DNA of 64,000 bases from Leucoraja erinacea (Eukaryota): NCBI RefSeq assembly GCF_028641065.1, contig NC_073377.1, positions 161,138,001-161,202,000 of the forward strand, in the 5' to 3' direction. How positions within the stretch are numbered: the first letter of the stretch is position 1; each line of letters begins with the position of its first letter. The notes under the pieces are model-generated. The model did not search any database and had not been told where the DNA came from. It was given only the letters and a program-made list of their open reading frames with translations. This document shows positions 37,207 to 49,821 of the stretch, piece after piece. The position numbers and the translations under genes were made by a program.

Positions 37207-37536
37207 TAGCCCTGTCCCACGGTACGAGTTCATTCCAAGAGCTCTCCCGTGTTTAAAAAAAATCAAACTCGTGGTAAGCACGGAGAATGAACGTAGCGGG
37301 TACGTCGGAGCTCGGGGATGTCTCTGAGCGTCTCGTAACGCTAACGGCAGGTACTCGGGAAGACTCACTAACAGCAGGTAAGCACGGGAAGACTCGTCAA
37401 GATTTTTCACCATGTTGATAAATGTCCACGAGAGCCCCGAGTACCGACGAGTGGCCATTACCGTAAATCTCCGAGTTCGATTCAGGGCAAACTCGGGAGA
37501 GTTCTTGGAATGAACTCGTACCGTGGGACAGGGGTT
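37207..37536. mobile_element. Harbinger-type MITE, second family (330 bp)
   Basis: TIRs CCCTGTCCCACGGTACGAGTTCATTCCAAGA.. / ..TCTTGGAATGAACTCGTACCGTGGGACAGGG; TAA on both sides. Confidence 0.85.
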
Positions 37537-38471
37537 TAACTCAGATCAACAAATCTTGCACAGTTGTTGAAGGATTTGGAAAAGATTAGGGATAGTTTTA
37601 AGTTACAGTAGACAAGGCCTTTATTCAAAAGGTTAGTTTTGAATAGACTTAAAGTTTTCAGTCTTTTGTTGATGAGTTATTTAGTGCCTCGATAACTCAG
37701 AACTTACGCTATTTCTCGTAGGGAAGTTAACTCCCCACACATGTGTCTTCTGCTTTGTAGTTTTATGCTGCTCCTCCCTATATTGTTTAAATATTGTAAG
37801 ATGTCACCCTATGTCCTTTCATTCAAGATACATTTATTTGTCACGTACTAATTGGTACAGTGAAATGTGTGAAATAAGTTCATTCTGACTTATGGCAGGT
37901 GTGAAGGTTTTACAAATAACTGGATGTCTAAATGTAATCTAGAGTAAGATTTCCAGTGGTTACAAACAGGAAATAACCGTTCTTTAAACCTAAACATCTG
38001 TCATTTTGCATATCCTGATAGAATTAATTGCTGACTAATATAATGAAGACATTCCATGTGAGAATCTTGCTACAAAACTTTTAAGCAGATTTTTTTATCA
38101 TTTTTCTTGCCGCAAAAGCAATACAATTAGTTTCCAAATTTAAGGAAAATGGCAGAAATATTTGAATAAATGCTTGAGTCTGTGAAGGAGCAAAGTGTGC
38201 CAAAGTATTTCAAAAGATCACAGTCAGATTACAACGATGATAAGATAAACTTTAGGAAGGGTCATAGAAAAGTTAGCTGAACAGGTTAACCTTAAGGAAA
38301 AATTAAAAGGAGGCGAGATGGAGGAAGTTATAGAGACAAATTTAGAATGAATGGCGGAGAAAATTGGCAAAGATAACAATTGCTGTGAAATACAATGAGG
38401 AAACATAGAAAAGTATAACGTTGGAACAGGCCCGCAATGTCCATGACAAACCGGATGCCAAATTAAACCAA

Positions 38472-39098
38472 ATTTGAGTATAGGAGCAGGGAGGTTCTAC
38501 TGCAGTTGTACAGGGTCTTGGTGAGACCACACCTGGAGTATTGCGTACAGTTTTGGTCTCCAAATCTGAGGAAGGACATTATTGCCATAGAGGGAGTGCA
38601 GAGAAGGTTCACCAGACTGATTCCTGGGATGTCAGGACTGTCTTATGAAGAAAGACTGGATAGACTTGGTTTATACTCTCTAGAATTTAGAAGATTGAGA
38701 GGGGATCTTATAGAAACTTACAAAATTCTTAAGCGGTTGGACAGGCTAGATGCAGGAAGATTGCTCCCGATGTTTGGGAAGTCCAGGACAAGGGGTCACA
38801 GCTTAAGGATAGGGGGGAAATCCTTTAAAACCGAGATTAGAAGAACTTTTTTCACACAGAGAGTGGTGAATCTCTGGAACTCTCTGCCACAGAGGGTAGT
38901 TGAGGCCAGTTCATTGGCTATATTTAAGAGGGAGTTAGATGTGGCCCTTGTGGCTAAAGGGATCAGAGGGTATGGAGAGAAGTCAGGTACGGGATATTGG
39001 ATGATCAGCCATGATCATATTGAATGGCGGTGCAGGCTCGAAGGGCCAAATGGCCTACTCCTGCACCTAATTTCGATGTTTCTATGTTTCTATGTTTC
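38472..39098 (+). mobile_element. Young CR1 LINE 3' fragment
   Basis: YRVLVRPHLEYCVQFWSP...; open frame through to the 3' UTR. Confidence 0.93.
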
Positions 39099-39189
39099 TA
39101 AACCAATCCCGTCTGCCTGTACATGATCTATATCCCCCCACTTCCTGTATATCCATGTGCCTATCCAAAAGCCACTTTAATTTCTCTTA

Positions 39190-39385
39190 ACTTTAGTTTA
39201 GTTTAGTTTAGTTTAGAGATACAGCACGGAAACAAGCCCCTTCGGCCCATCGAGTCTGCAACGACCAGTGATCCCCACACATTAATGCTATCCTACACAC
39301 ACTAGGGACAATTTACATTTACACCAAGCCAATTAACCTCCAAACCTATACGTCTTTGGAGCGTGGGAGGTAACCGAAGATCTCA
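39190..39385 (-). mobile_element. HE1-like SINE 3' half
   Basis: (tttag)n tail plus SINE body. Confidence 0.8.
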
Positions 39386-39392
39386 CCCTTGA

Positions 39393-40153
39393 CCCTTGAA
39401 GACCGAAAAAGGTGAATTTATTATGGGGAATAAGGAAATGGCAGATGAGTTGAACAGGTACTTTGGATTTGCCTTCACTAAGGAGGACACAAACAATCTT
39501 CCTGATGTACTAGTGGCCAGAGGATCTGGGGTGACAGAGGAACTGAAGAATATCCACATTAGGCAGGAAAAGGTGTTGGATAGACTGATGGACCGAAGGT
39601 TGATAAATCCCCAGGGCCTGATGGCCTGCATCCCAGGGTACTTAAGGCAGTGGCTCTAGAAATTGTGGACGCATTGGTGATAATTTTCCAATGTTCTATA
39701 GACTCAGGATCAGTTCCTGTGGATTGGAGGGTAGCTAGTGTTATCCCCACTTTTTAGGAAAGGCGGGAGAGAGAAAACAGGGAATTATAGACCAGTTAGC
39801 CTGATATCAGTGGTGGGGAAGATGCTGGAGTCAATTATAAAAGATGAGATAGCCGCACATTTGGATAGCAGTAACAGGATCGGTCTGGGTCAGCATGGAT
39901 TTACGAAGGGGAAATCATGCTTGAATCTCTGGAACTCTCTGCCACAGAGGGTAGTTGAGGCCAGTTCATTGGCTATATTTAAGAGGGAGTTAGATGTGGC
40001 CCTTGTGGCCAAGGGGATCAGAGGGTATGGAGAGAAGGCAGGTACGGGATACTGAGTTGGATGCTCAGCCATGATCATATTGAATGGCGGTGCAGGCTCG
40101 AAGGGCCGAATGGCCTACTCCTGCACCTAATTTCCATGTTTCTATGTTTCTAT
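39393..40153 (+). mobile_element. CR1 LINE with ~1-kb internal deletion
   Basis: PLFRKGGREKTGNYRPVSL..QHGFTKGKSCL is fused directly to NLWNSLPQRVVEA. Confidence 0.88.
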
Positions 40154-40835
40154 GCTGGATTGTGTGATGGTCCGGGCTGCGACCACTAATTAAGAACTTA
40201 TTAAGTGGAGCACTAATTGCACGCTGATATAAACATTGATAGATGAACAGATTAAGATATTGCTCCAGTGATGTAAACTGTGTGTATCCAGGAGCAACCA
40301 ACCAGCCTACTGTATGCAAAGTAAATGGGACCGGGATTACAGCTCATTTCATGCTCTTTCTCCACTTAATTATGTGGAATAATAGAGGATCAACTCACAA
40401 ATATTTGTTGTGTTTTTCCAGATAGTAGCGCTAAGTGAACTAAGGAGCCGAGTGCTGATAATTACTGAAAGACTGCAAATTACTGAGAGGACAGTAATAT
40501 TCAATGTACAGTCTGCGTTGATGCAAGATTTGACCATGGAGATCAAATAAACATATTAAAGATGGAGATAAACTCATGAGAAGGGGTGGCCCATGAATAC
40601 AGGTTGTGAAATGTCGTGCAACAACCTGTTCTAATTGTGTTGTGAAATCAAAAACCGTTTGAGTGCTAACTCATGGGGTCACCACCACAATTTGTACTCT
40701 ATCATTGGTGATCGAGGGCAGGGACATTATATTGACCAGAATTCTCACAATTTAAAAACATTCAGTAATACTTAAAGGGAATTGTGATGACAAGAAAACA
40801 TTTTATCAGGATGGATCCCAGCTTACATTGAAATG

Positions 40836-41567
40836 TAGAAACATAGAAAAAAGGTGCAGGAGTAGGCCATTCGGCCCTTCAAGCCTGCACCGCCATTCAA
40901 TATGATCATGGCTGATCATCCAACTTAGTATCCTGTACCTGCCTCCTCTCCATACCCCCTGATCCCTTTAGCCACAAGGGCCACATCTAACTCCCTCTTA
41001 AATATAGCCAATGAACTGGCCTCAACCACCCTCTGTGGCAGAGAATTCCACCGATTCACCACTCTCTGTGTGAAAAAAAATGTTCTCATCTCGGTCCTAA
41101 AAGACTTCCCCCTTATCCCCAAACTATGACCCCTTGTTCTGGACTTCCCCATCATTGCTAACAATCTTCCTGAATCTAGGCTGTCCAACCCCTTAAGAAT
41201 TTTGTACGTTTCTATAAGATCCCCCCTTAATCTTCTAAATTCCAGTGAGTACAAGTCTAGTATATCCAGTCTTTCTTCATCTGAAAGTCCCGCCATCCCA
41301 GGAATCAGTCTGGTGAACCTTCTCTGTACTCCCTCTATGGCAAGAATGTCTTTCCTCAGATTAGGAGACCAAAACTGTACGCAATACTCCAGGTGTGGTT
41401 TCACCAAGACCCTGTACAACTGCAGCTGAACCTCCCTGCTCCTATACTCAAATCCTTTTGCTATGAATGCTAACACACCATTCACTTTCTTCACTGCCTG
41501 CTGCACCTACTTTCAATGACTGGTGTACCATGACACCCAGGTCTCGTTACATCTCTTCTTTTCCTAA
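40836..41567 (-). mobile_element. CR1 LINE, specific to copy A
   Basis: QAVKKVNGVLAFIAKG...; flanked by CAGCTT on both sides. Confidence 0.9.
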
Positions 41568-41569
41568 TC

Positions 41570-42078
41570 AGCTTGCGTTGGGAACAGCTCCATCCAAGAC
41601 CGCAAGAAATTGCAGCCAATTGTGGACAGAGCCCAGCTCAGACCATCACACAATCCATCCTTCCTTCTATTGACTCCATTTATACCTAACGCTGCCTTGG
41701 CAAGGCCAGCAGCATAATCAAGGAAGTGTTGCACCCTGGCCACTCCCTCTTCTCCCCTCTTCGATCAGGCAAAAGGTATAGAACTGTAAAAACGTACACC
41801 TCCAGATTCAGGGACTGTTTCTTCCCAGCTGTTATCAGGCAATTGAATCATCCTACCACAACCAAAGAGCAGTGCTGAACTACTATCTACCTCATTGGTG
41901 ACCCTTGGACTATCCTTGATCGGACTTTGCTGGCTTCACCTTGCACTAAACATTATTCCCTTATCATGTATCTATACACTGTAAATGGCTCAATTGCTAT
42001 CATGTTTTGTCTTCCTGCTGACTGGATAGCAGGCAACAAAAGCTTTTCACTGTACCTCGGTACACGTGACACTAAACA
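41570..42078 (+). mobile_element. Rex1/Babar 3' fragment (duplicated at 50681-51177)
   Basis: GNSSIQDRKKLQ..HPGHSLFSPLRSGKRYR..RFRDCFFPAVIRQLN plus 3' UTR. Confidence 0.8.
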
Positions 42079-42234
42079 AAAGTTCGAGGTGGGAATAAAT
42101 GCTGGCCTTGAGATCTTGGATAATTTAACAAAAAATGTTGCTGAGGGTGGTATGATTGATGTATAGATGGGCGTTCACAGAGCTGATAGAACAAGCAGCC
42201 TTTTTCAGTGCAACATTGTTAAAAGTTTTTCCAT

Positions 42235-43543
42235 TGTTCTTGTCAAAAGTTTTAGAAAGAGTTCTGCTGGATAGAATAAATGAGTTTGTTAACTCCACAG
42301 ATAACCAGTTTGGCTTTAAAGCTAAACATGGCACTGACTTATGCATATACAGTATGCCCTAAAGGAGATTGTAAACAAATATAGAGGCAAAAACTATTCA
42401 ATCCTTATGTGCTTTATTGATGCTTCCAAAGCCTTTGACTGTGTTAATCACAGAAAGCTGTTTGGTAAAATGAGTCAAAGAGGGGTGCCTAAATACATTG
42501 TTAGAATTCTGGCCTACTGGTATCGCCCACCAGACTATGCAAATAAAATGGGGCAATAGGGTCTCAGCCACATTTGGGGTTAGCAATGGTGTTAGACAAG
42601 GGGGAATTTTGTCCCCAGTCCTTTTTAATCTATATATTGATGATCTGTCTAAACAATTGAAGGCCTGTAACACTGGGTGCGTGATTGGTAATATTTTAGT
42701 GAACCATATTATGTATGCAGATGATCTTGTGGTCTTTAGTCCATCTAGCGCTGGTCTCCAGCAGCTCCTTACTATATGTTCTGTGTATGGTGTGGAACAT
42801 GACATTAAATATAATGCTAGTAAGAGTGCTGTTATGATCTGTAGAACCAAAGAGGATAAATGTCTAAAATTTCCTGATTTTAAATTGTCTGACAATAATC
42901 TTAGTGTCTGTAATAAGGTAAAATATCTAGGGCATATTATTACAGAACAAATGACAGATGATGAGGATATTTATAGGCAACGACGCATGCTGTATGTACA
43001 GGCGAATATTCTATTGCGTAAATTTGGTGCGTGTGCAGATGTGGTGAAGATGTCGCTATTTAGAGCATACTGCACACCACTCTACACTGCGCACCTGTGG
43101 TCGAACTATGGAAAGACAAGTTTGCAGAGACTAAAGGTGGCATATAACGATGCCATGAGAACACTGCTAAGGAAACCTAGATGGTGTAGTGCCAGTAATA
43201 TGTTTGTGGCTGCAGGAGTCAGTACTTTAGAAGCTATCCTAAGACATCACATGTATTCATTGTAGGATAAATGACTCTAAAAATGTGATTATTGTGGCCT
43301 TGTCAAACATAAGGGTTAGCACTACACGCTACGAATCCCAGCTGTGGAGACACTGGTATTGTTGTCTCGTTGTAGGACATTGATCATTCTTTTAATCTGG
43401 ATTTTTAACTTATGTATTGTGTTGTTTTTTTTAAATATAATTTATATATACTTTATGATATTTAATATGCAATGCATTTTTAATGTGATGTTGCCCCTTG
43501 TCTGCACCTCGAGTCTGTAATAACATTTATTTATTATTATTAT
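42235..43543 (+). mobile_element. RTE-X-like non-LTR retrotransposon, 5'-truncated RT and 3' end
   Basis: QFGFKAKHGTDLCIY, FIDASKAFD, NGVRQGGILSPVLFNLYIDDL, YADDL, VKYLGH; (TTA)n tail; a few frameshifts. The clade assignment rests on motif recognition. Confidence 0.75.
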
Positions 43544-45647
43544 CAAAATTAGGCGCGTAAATATTTATCATAGTTAATGGTGTATTGTAAATTTCTCCCG
43601 TGACTATAACATATCTTCCCTCTTTATCAGATATGGATTTCTTTAATTTAAAAGGTATGCCTTTCCGAATTATAATGGCCGTGCCTATTTATTATTATTA
43701 TTATTATTATTAACAGCAGTGTGTCTCTTGCGACACGGACAATCAGTTTGTATGTATATTTAACCCGATGACAAGGCACAGAGTTGGGTGAAAGGTTGGT
43801 TTGTCAGACTACATGGAAACATATAATAGTGTAAACTGTGGGAGGGACAAGAATCAGAGACAGGCTGGTGAAGTGAGCACACACATGGTGAGTGAAATCT
43901 CATGGACCAAAATGTGAAGAGAAATATTTGAGTATGTAGAGGGGCAACATACTGTAACTGAAGTAGTGACGTTACAGTAGGAGGCAGGACTGAAGGAGGG
44001 GCCACACAAGTCTCTGGCAGGGCAAGTTTGGAATGGTGCACAAGGGTAGATGGCATCCTTGGATTTATACATTAGTTATATTGAGAAATTGCATAATCAG
44101 TAGTAAGAAAAGCAAATGCAATGTTAACATTTATTTCAAGAGGACTAGAATACAAACACAGGGATGCAATGCTGAGGCTTCATAAAGCACTGGTCAGACT
44201 GTCTTTGGATTATTGTGAACAGTTTTGGGTCCCATATCTGAAGAAAGATGTGCTGGTGTTGGAGAGGGTCCAGAGGAGGTTTACGAGAATTTACCTATCT
44301 CTTCCCCCTCAACCCCATTCTCCTGCCTTCTCCACATAACCCCTGACATGCTTACTAATCAAGAATCTATCTAAGTGCCTTAATAATATCCATTGACCTG
44401 GCCTCCGCAGCCTTCTGTGGCAATGAATTTCACAGATTCACCACCCTCTGACTAAAGACATTCCTCCTTATCTACTTCCTAAAGAAACACCATTTTATTC
44501 TGAGGCTACGACCCCTGGTCCTAGACGCTCCTGGTTAGAATCATCGATCACTACACCAGGTTCAGGAATAGTGACTCTCTTACACCGACAGGTTCTTGAA
44601 CTGACCTGAACAAATCTAATCGTACCTCAGCAACAGAACACACAAGACCACTCCTTGCACTGCCTTGGACATGTGGAGGGGATACTTTGGTGTTCCATAT
44701 CAATCTCCCTGTGTCTCTTTAAAATGATGACCAGGATACGATTATTGGATTCAAAGCAGTTTATTAACAAAACTTGCACGCACGCAGTTTTTCATACATA
44801 TAATATAGCAAGCTCTTGACAGACACATTTCTTGCTGTGCAATGCTGCTTATAGCTGAAAATAATATGAAGTATGTTCTTAAACTAAAGGCCATTCGTCC
44901 ACATTTCTCTGGTTACTCTAATTTAATGTTCCTTGTGTTACCGACAGAGAAAAGGCGAATGACAAAGCAATAGAGACCCTGAAAAGAATGGAGCAGTGGC
45001 TGGAAAGATGTGTCTGGAAAAACAGAGTCGGGTGTAGTACCGTGCCCCTGGATTTACAATGTCATCAGATCAGAAAAGCTCAATCACCTCCAGAACTATC
45101 AAAGCAGAGAAATTTGCATGGCTTTGAAAATACCTGAAATGGTGGCGGAGTTTTGGTGGTGGTTGGGAGTTGAAGAGCTAGAGGTGAGAATACTTGAATA
45201 TCACTTATACATAACCAGCAAAGACACCTGTGCTGAATGATCTGCTGTCAACCTCATTCTATGAGTTAATATTGGAGACTTTCCCTTATAGGGAAGAGAT
45301 AGAAGATTTGGCATTATATTTAGGAACAGACAAATACATTTTAGAATGCCATGTATTTAATGCTTAAATCATTATCAGAGATACAATCCTTTTTATTTAG
45401 AATTAAAATCACTTCACCAAAAAAACATTTGTAGGTATAAAACCTGTTTCATCACCTCAGGATACCATTGTGGCAATGAAGCCCTTCAAAATGTATCCTA
45501 CTTTGCAGTTTTGGTCAGTAAGTCACTAATAAGCATCTTCACCCAGGCAGCCTTCCCACTCAAACAAACTTCTTTACGTGGGTTAATCTGATGAGCTCTG
45601 AAAGAAAAAGGGAGGCATTTTATCTTTCTAGTTATTAGAATTTTTTG

Positions 45648-45664
45648 AGGGGGGGATGGGGGAA

Positions 45665-45696
<32 letters not shown>
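45648..45696. repeat. Poly-G tract
   Basis: About 30 uninterrupted G plus flanking G runs; the paralogous site at 59131-59166 is shorter and interrupted. Confidence 0.9.
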
Positions 45697-45697
<1 letters not shown>

Positions 45698-47559
45698 AAA
45701 TTGCAACATCATTTAATTGTCAGAGTTCTCTTGTTTGTTCCTTTCACTTGTGGCAGATGATCTGCCGATAAAATGCAATTCATACAATTTCTCCACATTA
45801 TCACGAATCCCACCCATTGAAATATAAACATGAAAATTTAAATGCATGAACAATTCTTACATGATTTCCACGTAATTGCACTCTTTGTTCGCAGCGATGA
45901 TTTCAATTTTATGAATATTATCCACGAACATGCGATTTGTTTGAAACGTACTGCACCTACATCGTGATCCTAAATTGATATTTTTATGAGCCGCTGTAAA
46001 ACAAATGACAAGTTGTAAAGACATATTCCTTAAAATTAGTTTTATTACTTTCAGTGTTCACAATGTGGCCCCTTCTTTGGCCTTCTGCGCTGTTATAACA
46101 AGCCTATTCTAAGACCGAGGAAGGATACATCAAGTTCCATCTGGACACATAGTATCCTGCAAGCCTGAACATCAAATAGAACAACCTGGAAAACACACAC
46201 TGTCTTTGAATCAGAACCTGCCAAACCCACTCAGGATTTTATGTTTCAGTGTGATCACCGCTCATTTTTAAAATTACAATGAGTACAGACCCACCCGCTT
46301 CATCCATTTATTATAAGACAATCCATATCTAATATTATCCAAGTGAACATTCGTTGAACTGTCTTCTGTTCCTTCAACTGGCTGAATGAATCAAAAATCT
46401 AATTACAACTATAAAGCTTAAAGACTCTAAATGACAAGATCTAGGGTATTTTCCTCACCCATAGACAAAGCTGCACAAATTCCAAGCAGCAGCAGGAGTG
46501 TAGCACTAACTCTGTAGTTCATTGTCGGAGTTCCAGTCTTCTCGAGCCTTGCCTTTCTGATTCAGTTGGTTTTTCTTGGTGTCTTCTATTTGCTCTGTAA
46601 TTTATATTCTGAATAACTAGGGGTTGCTCAATATAATGAAATTGCAACGGCCACTGGTCACTGGTGCAACAGAAAACACTGATTACATCAAGATAGTCAA
46701 ATTAATAATAAGCAGAAATGTTGCAATTTGTAGATTATATCAAAATAGACAGTTTGTTTTAAAAAAATAAGCTTTAAACAAGTTAATGGTGTGACGGAGA
46801 CAGTAGGAAGTTGGAACAGGAGCAGGCCATTCAGCACTTGAGCCTCTCTCATGCTCAATAAAACCATGGCTAATACAACGTTCCAAATCTGCTCTCCCAC
46901 CCTGTCCCATTACACTCAATTCTTTTACAGATCATACATTTTTCTCCACTTTGAATATATTCAACGATTCAGCCTTTCCTGGGATAAGGAATTCAGATAA
47001 GTCACCGATATTTGAGGGAAGATATTCTTCCTTGTCTCATTCATAAATGCCACCTCCACCTTATTTTGCGTTGGTGTGTTTTGGTCCCAGACTTTACTAC
47101 AAGCAGGATCATCTTTCCAACACACGGCTGCCACACCCCCTCAGGATTTTTATGTTTCAGTGTGATGAGCTCTCATTGTTTTAAGTTACAATGAGCACAC
47201 CCCCACCCGTTTCAACCTTTCTCACACAAGACAATCCATATCCAAGTGAACATTCTGTGAAGTGTCTCTAATAATTATCTATTGTTCCTTAAATAACATG
47301 GTCACAAAACTGCTCACGTACTCTAATGTTGTCTCACTAATGTCTTACGCAGTAGCCGTAAGTTTCCCTGCATTTATATTCCATCTCTTTTGAAATGAAA
47401 GGCAAGTATCTGCTTCCTTCCTGATCCGTGCTGCACCCAAGAGAAACTTCTGTATTCATGCTGCATGTTTCTGCTATCTTTTGCCATTTAAATCATAATT
47501 TGACTACACATCCTCCCTGCCTTTTGAATGGACGTCATCTCTTATTCTTAATAACCGAG

Positions 47560-48197
47560 TCCTTGCAGCCTACCACCTGGATCGGAGCGGCCTTTCCTGC
47601 CGGGGACCGGGAACTGGACCAGAGCTTCAACAGCGGCGGGGCAGCGCTAAATTCACCGTGGAGCGGGCGATGCCAACCCTGGAACGCCGTTTGGAGCTCC
47701 GGAGTGTTACGCCGCTGCTCCAACATCGTGGAGCAGCGGTTTGGGAGAGCTCCCAGCGCGGGCGGCGCTGACTTCAATATCGCGGAGTCGCGAGCGTTGA
47801 ATCTCCGCCCGGCACGGCCTCCGGACTTTGGGAGCCGCTGACTCCGGTAGGAGGTGGCCGACTATGATGTCCAAGCCACTGAGGAGGTCCCCCAGCCCCG
47901 ACGCCGGACTTACATCACCCCGGCAAGCGGGCCTGTACATCGGGCCGCCCGTAGCGGCGACTGCGGAAGGCTCGGGGAGGCCCCGACCACGGGTGAACAT
48001 TGGGGAACATTAGAGGAGAGACTGACTTTGGTACCTTCCCTCAAACTGGGAAACTTTGATTCTGCTGTGTGGGGATGTTTTATGTTGAACTCTATCGTGT
48101 GTTGTGTTCTTTATTTGTATTGCATGGCTGTACGGTGAACACATTTCACTGTGCCAACTGGCACATGTGACAAATTAATGTATTTTGTATCTTGTAT
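47560..48197 (+). mobile_element. CpG-rich non-autonomous retroelement, 5' truncated
   Basis: Homologous to 18110 onward; ends with a TGTGCCA-AC-TGGCACA hairpin and short (ttgtatc) tail. Confidence 0.7.
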
Positions 48198-49058
48198 CGC
48201 TGATGGGAGAAGAGGGAATGTCTGGAGTGAGACTCGTCCTTAATTATGCCGGTGGCTTTGCCAAGGCTGCATGAAATTTAGATAGGGCCAATGGAATAGA
48301 TATTGGATTGTGTGATGGTCTGGGCTGCGACCACTAATTAAGAACTTATTAAGTGGAGCACTAATTGCACGCTGATATAAACATTGATAGATGAACAGAT
48401 TAAGATATTGCTCCAGTGAAGTAAACTGTGTGTATCCAGCAGCAACCAACCAGCCTACTGTATGCAAAGTAAATGGGGCCGGGATTACAGCTCATTTCAT
48501 GCTCTTTCTCCACTTAATTATGTGGAATAATAGAGGATCAACTCACAAATATTTGTTGTGTTTTTCCAGATAGTAGCGCTGAGTGAACTAAGGAGCCGAG
48601 TGCTGATAATTACTGAAAGACTGCAAATTACTGAGAGGACAGTAATATTCAATGTACAGTCTGCTTTGATGCAAGATTTGACCATGGAGATCAAATAAAC
48701 ATATTAAAGATGGAGATAAACTCATGAGAAGGGATGGGCCATGAATACAGGTTGTGAAATGTTGTGCAACAACCTGTTCTAATTGTTGTGAAATCAAAAA
48801 CCGTTTGAGTGCTAACTCATGGGGTCACCACCACAATTTGTACCGTATCATTGGTGAACGAGGGCAGGGACATTATATTGACCAGAATTCTCACAATTTA
48901 AAATCATTCAGTAATACTTAAAGGGAATTGTGATGACAAGAAAACATTTTATCAGGATGGATCCCAGCTTGGTTTGGGAACAGCTCCATCCAAGACCGCA
49001 AGAAATTGCAGCCAATTGTGAACAGAGCCCAGCTCAGACCATCACACAATCCATCCTT

Positions 49059-49820
49059 ACATAGAAACATAGAAATTAGGTGCAGGAGTAGGCCATTCGG
49101 CCCTTCAAGCCTGCACCACCATTCAATATGATCATGGCTGATCATCCAACTCAGTATCCCGTACCTGCCTTCTCTCCATACCCTCTGATCCCCTTAGCCA
49201 CAAGGGCCACATCTAACTCCCTCTTAAATATAGCCAATTAACTGGCCTTGACTACCCTCTGCGGCAGAGAGTTCCAGAGACTCACCACTCTCTGTGTGAA
49301 AAAAGTTCTTCTCATCTCGGTTTTAAAGGATTTCCCCCTTATCCTTAAGCTGTGACCCCTTGTCCTGGACTTCCCCAACATCGGGAGCACTCTTCCTGCA
49401 TCTAGCCTGTCCAACCCCTTAAGAATTTTGTACGTTTCTATAAGATCCCCCCTCAATCTCCTAAATTCTAGAGAGTATAAACCAAGTCTATCCAGTCTTT
49501 CTTCATAAGACAGTCCTGACATCCCAGGAATCAGTCTGGTGAACCTTCTCTGCACTCTCTCTATGGCAATAATGTCCTTCCTCAGATTTGGAGACCAAAA
49601 CTGTACGCAATACTCCAGGTGTGGTCTCACCAAGACCCTGTACAACTGCAGTAGAACCTCCCTGCTCCTATACTCAAATCCTCTTGCTATGAAAGCCAAC
49701 ATACCATTCGCTTTCTTCACTGCCTGCTGCACCTGCATGCCTACTTTCAATGATGGTGTACCATGACACCCAGGTCTCGCTGCATCTCCCCTTTTCCTAG
49801 TCGGCCACCATTTAGATAAT
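49059..49820 (-). mobile_element. Young CR1 LINE, specific to copy B
   Basis: SLKVGMQVQQAVKKANGMLAFIARG...; nearly identical to 23609-24370. Confidence 0.93.
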
Positions 49821-49821
49821 T

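Larger units (their letters stand above)
40156..46850 (+). repeat. Segmental duplication copy A
   Basis: Collinear near-identical blocks with 48304-60530, e.g. 40156-40822 ~ 48304-48970, 43705-44550 ~ 51505-52350 and 45091-46850 ~ 58577-60530. Confidence 0.92.

Noticed and set aside
44105-44530. Twin-priming inverted CR1
   Set aside because: The two CR1 pieces meet 3' end to 3' end, the reverse of twin-priming geometry. An old rearrangement or two separate fragments is more likely.
40156-46850. Copy A as a spliced (processed) retrocopy of copy B
   Set aside because: Only one missing segment (51178-51350) has GT-AG-like ends on the minus strand, and its junction has filler bases. The others lack splice signals, and there is no poly-A tail.
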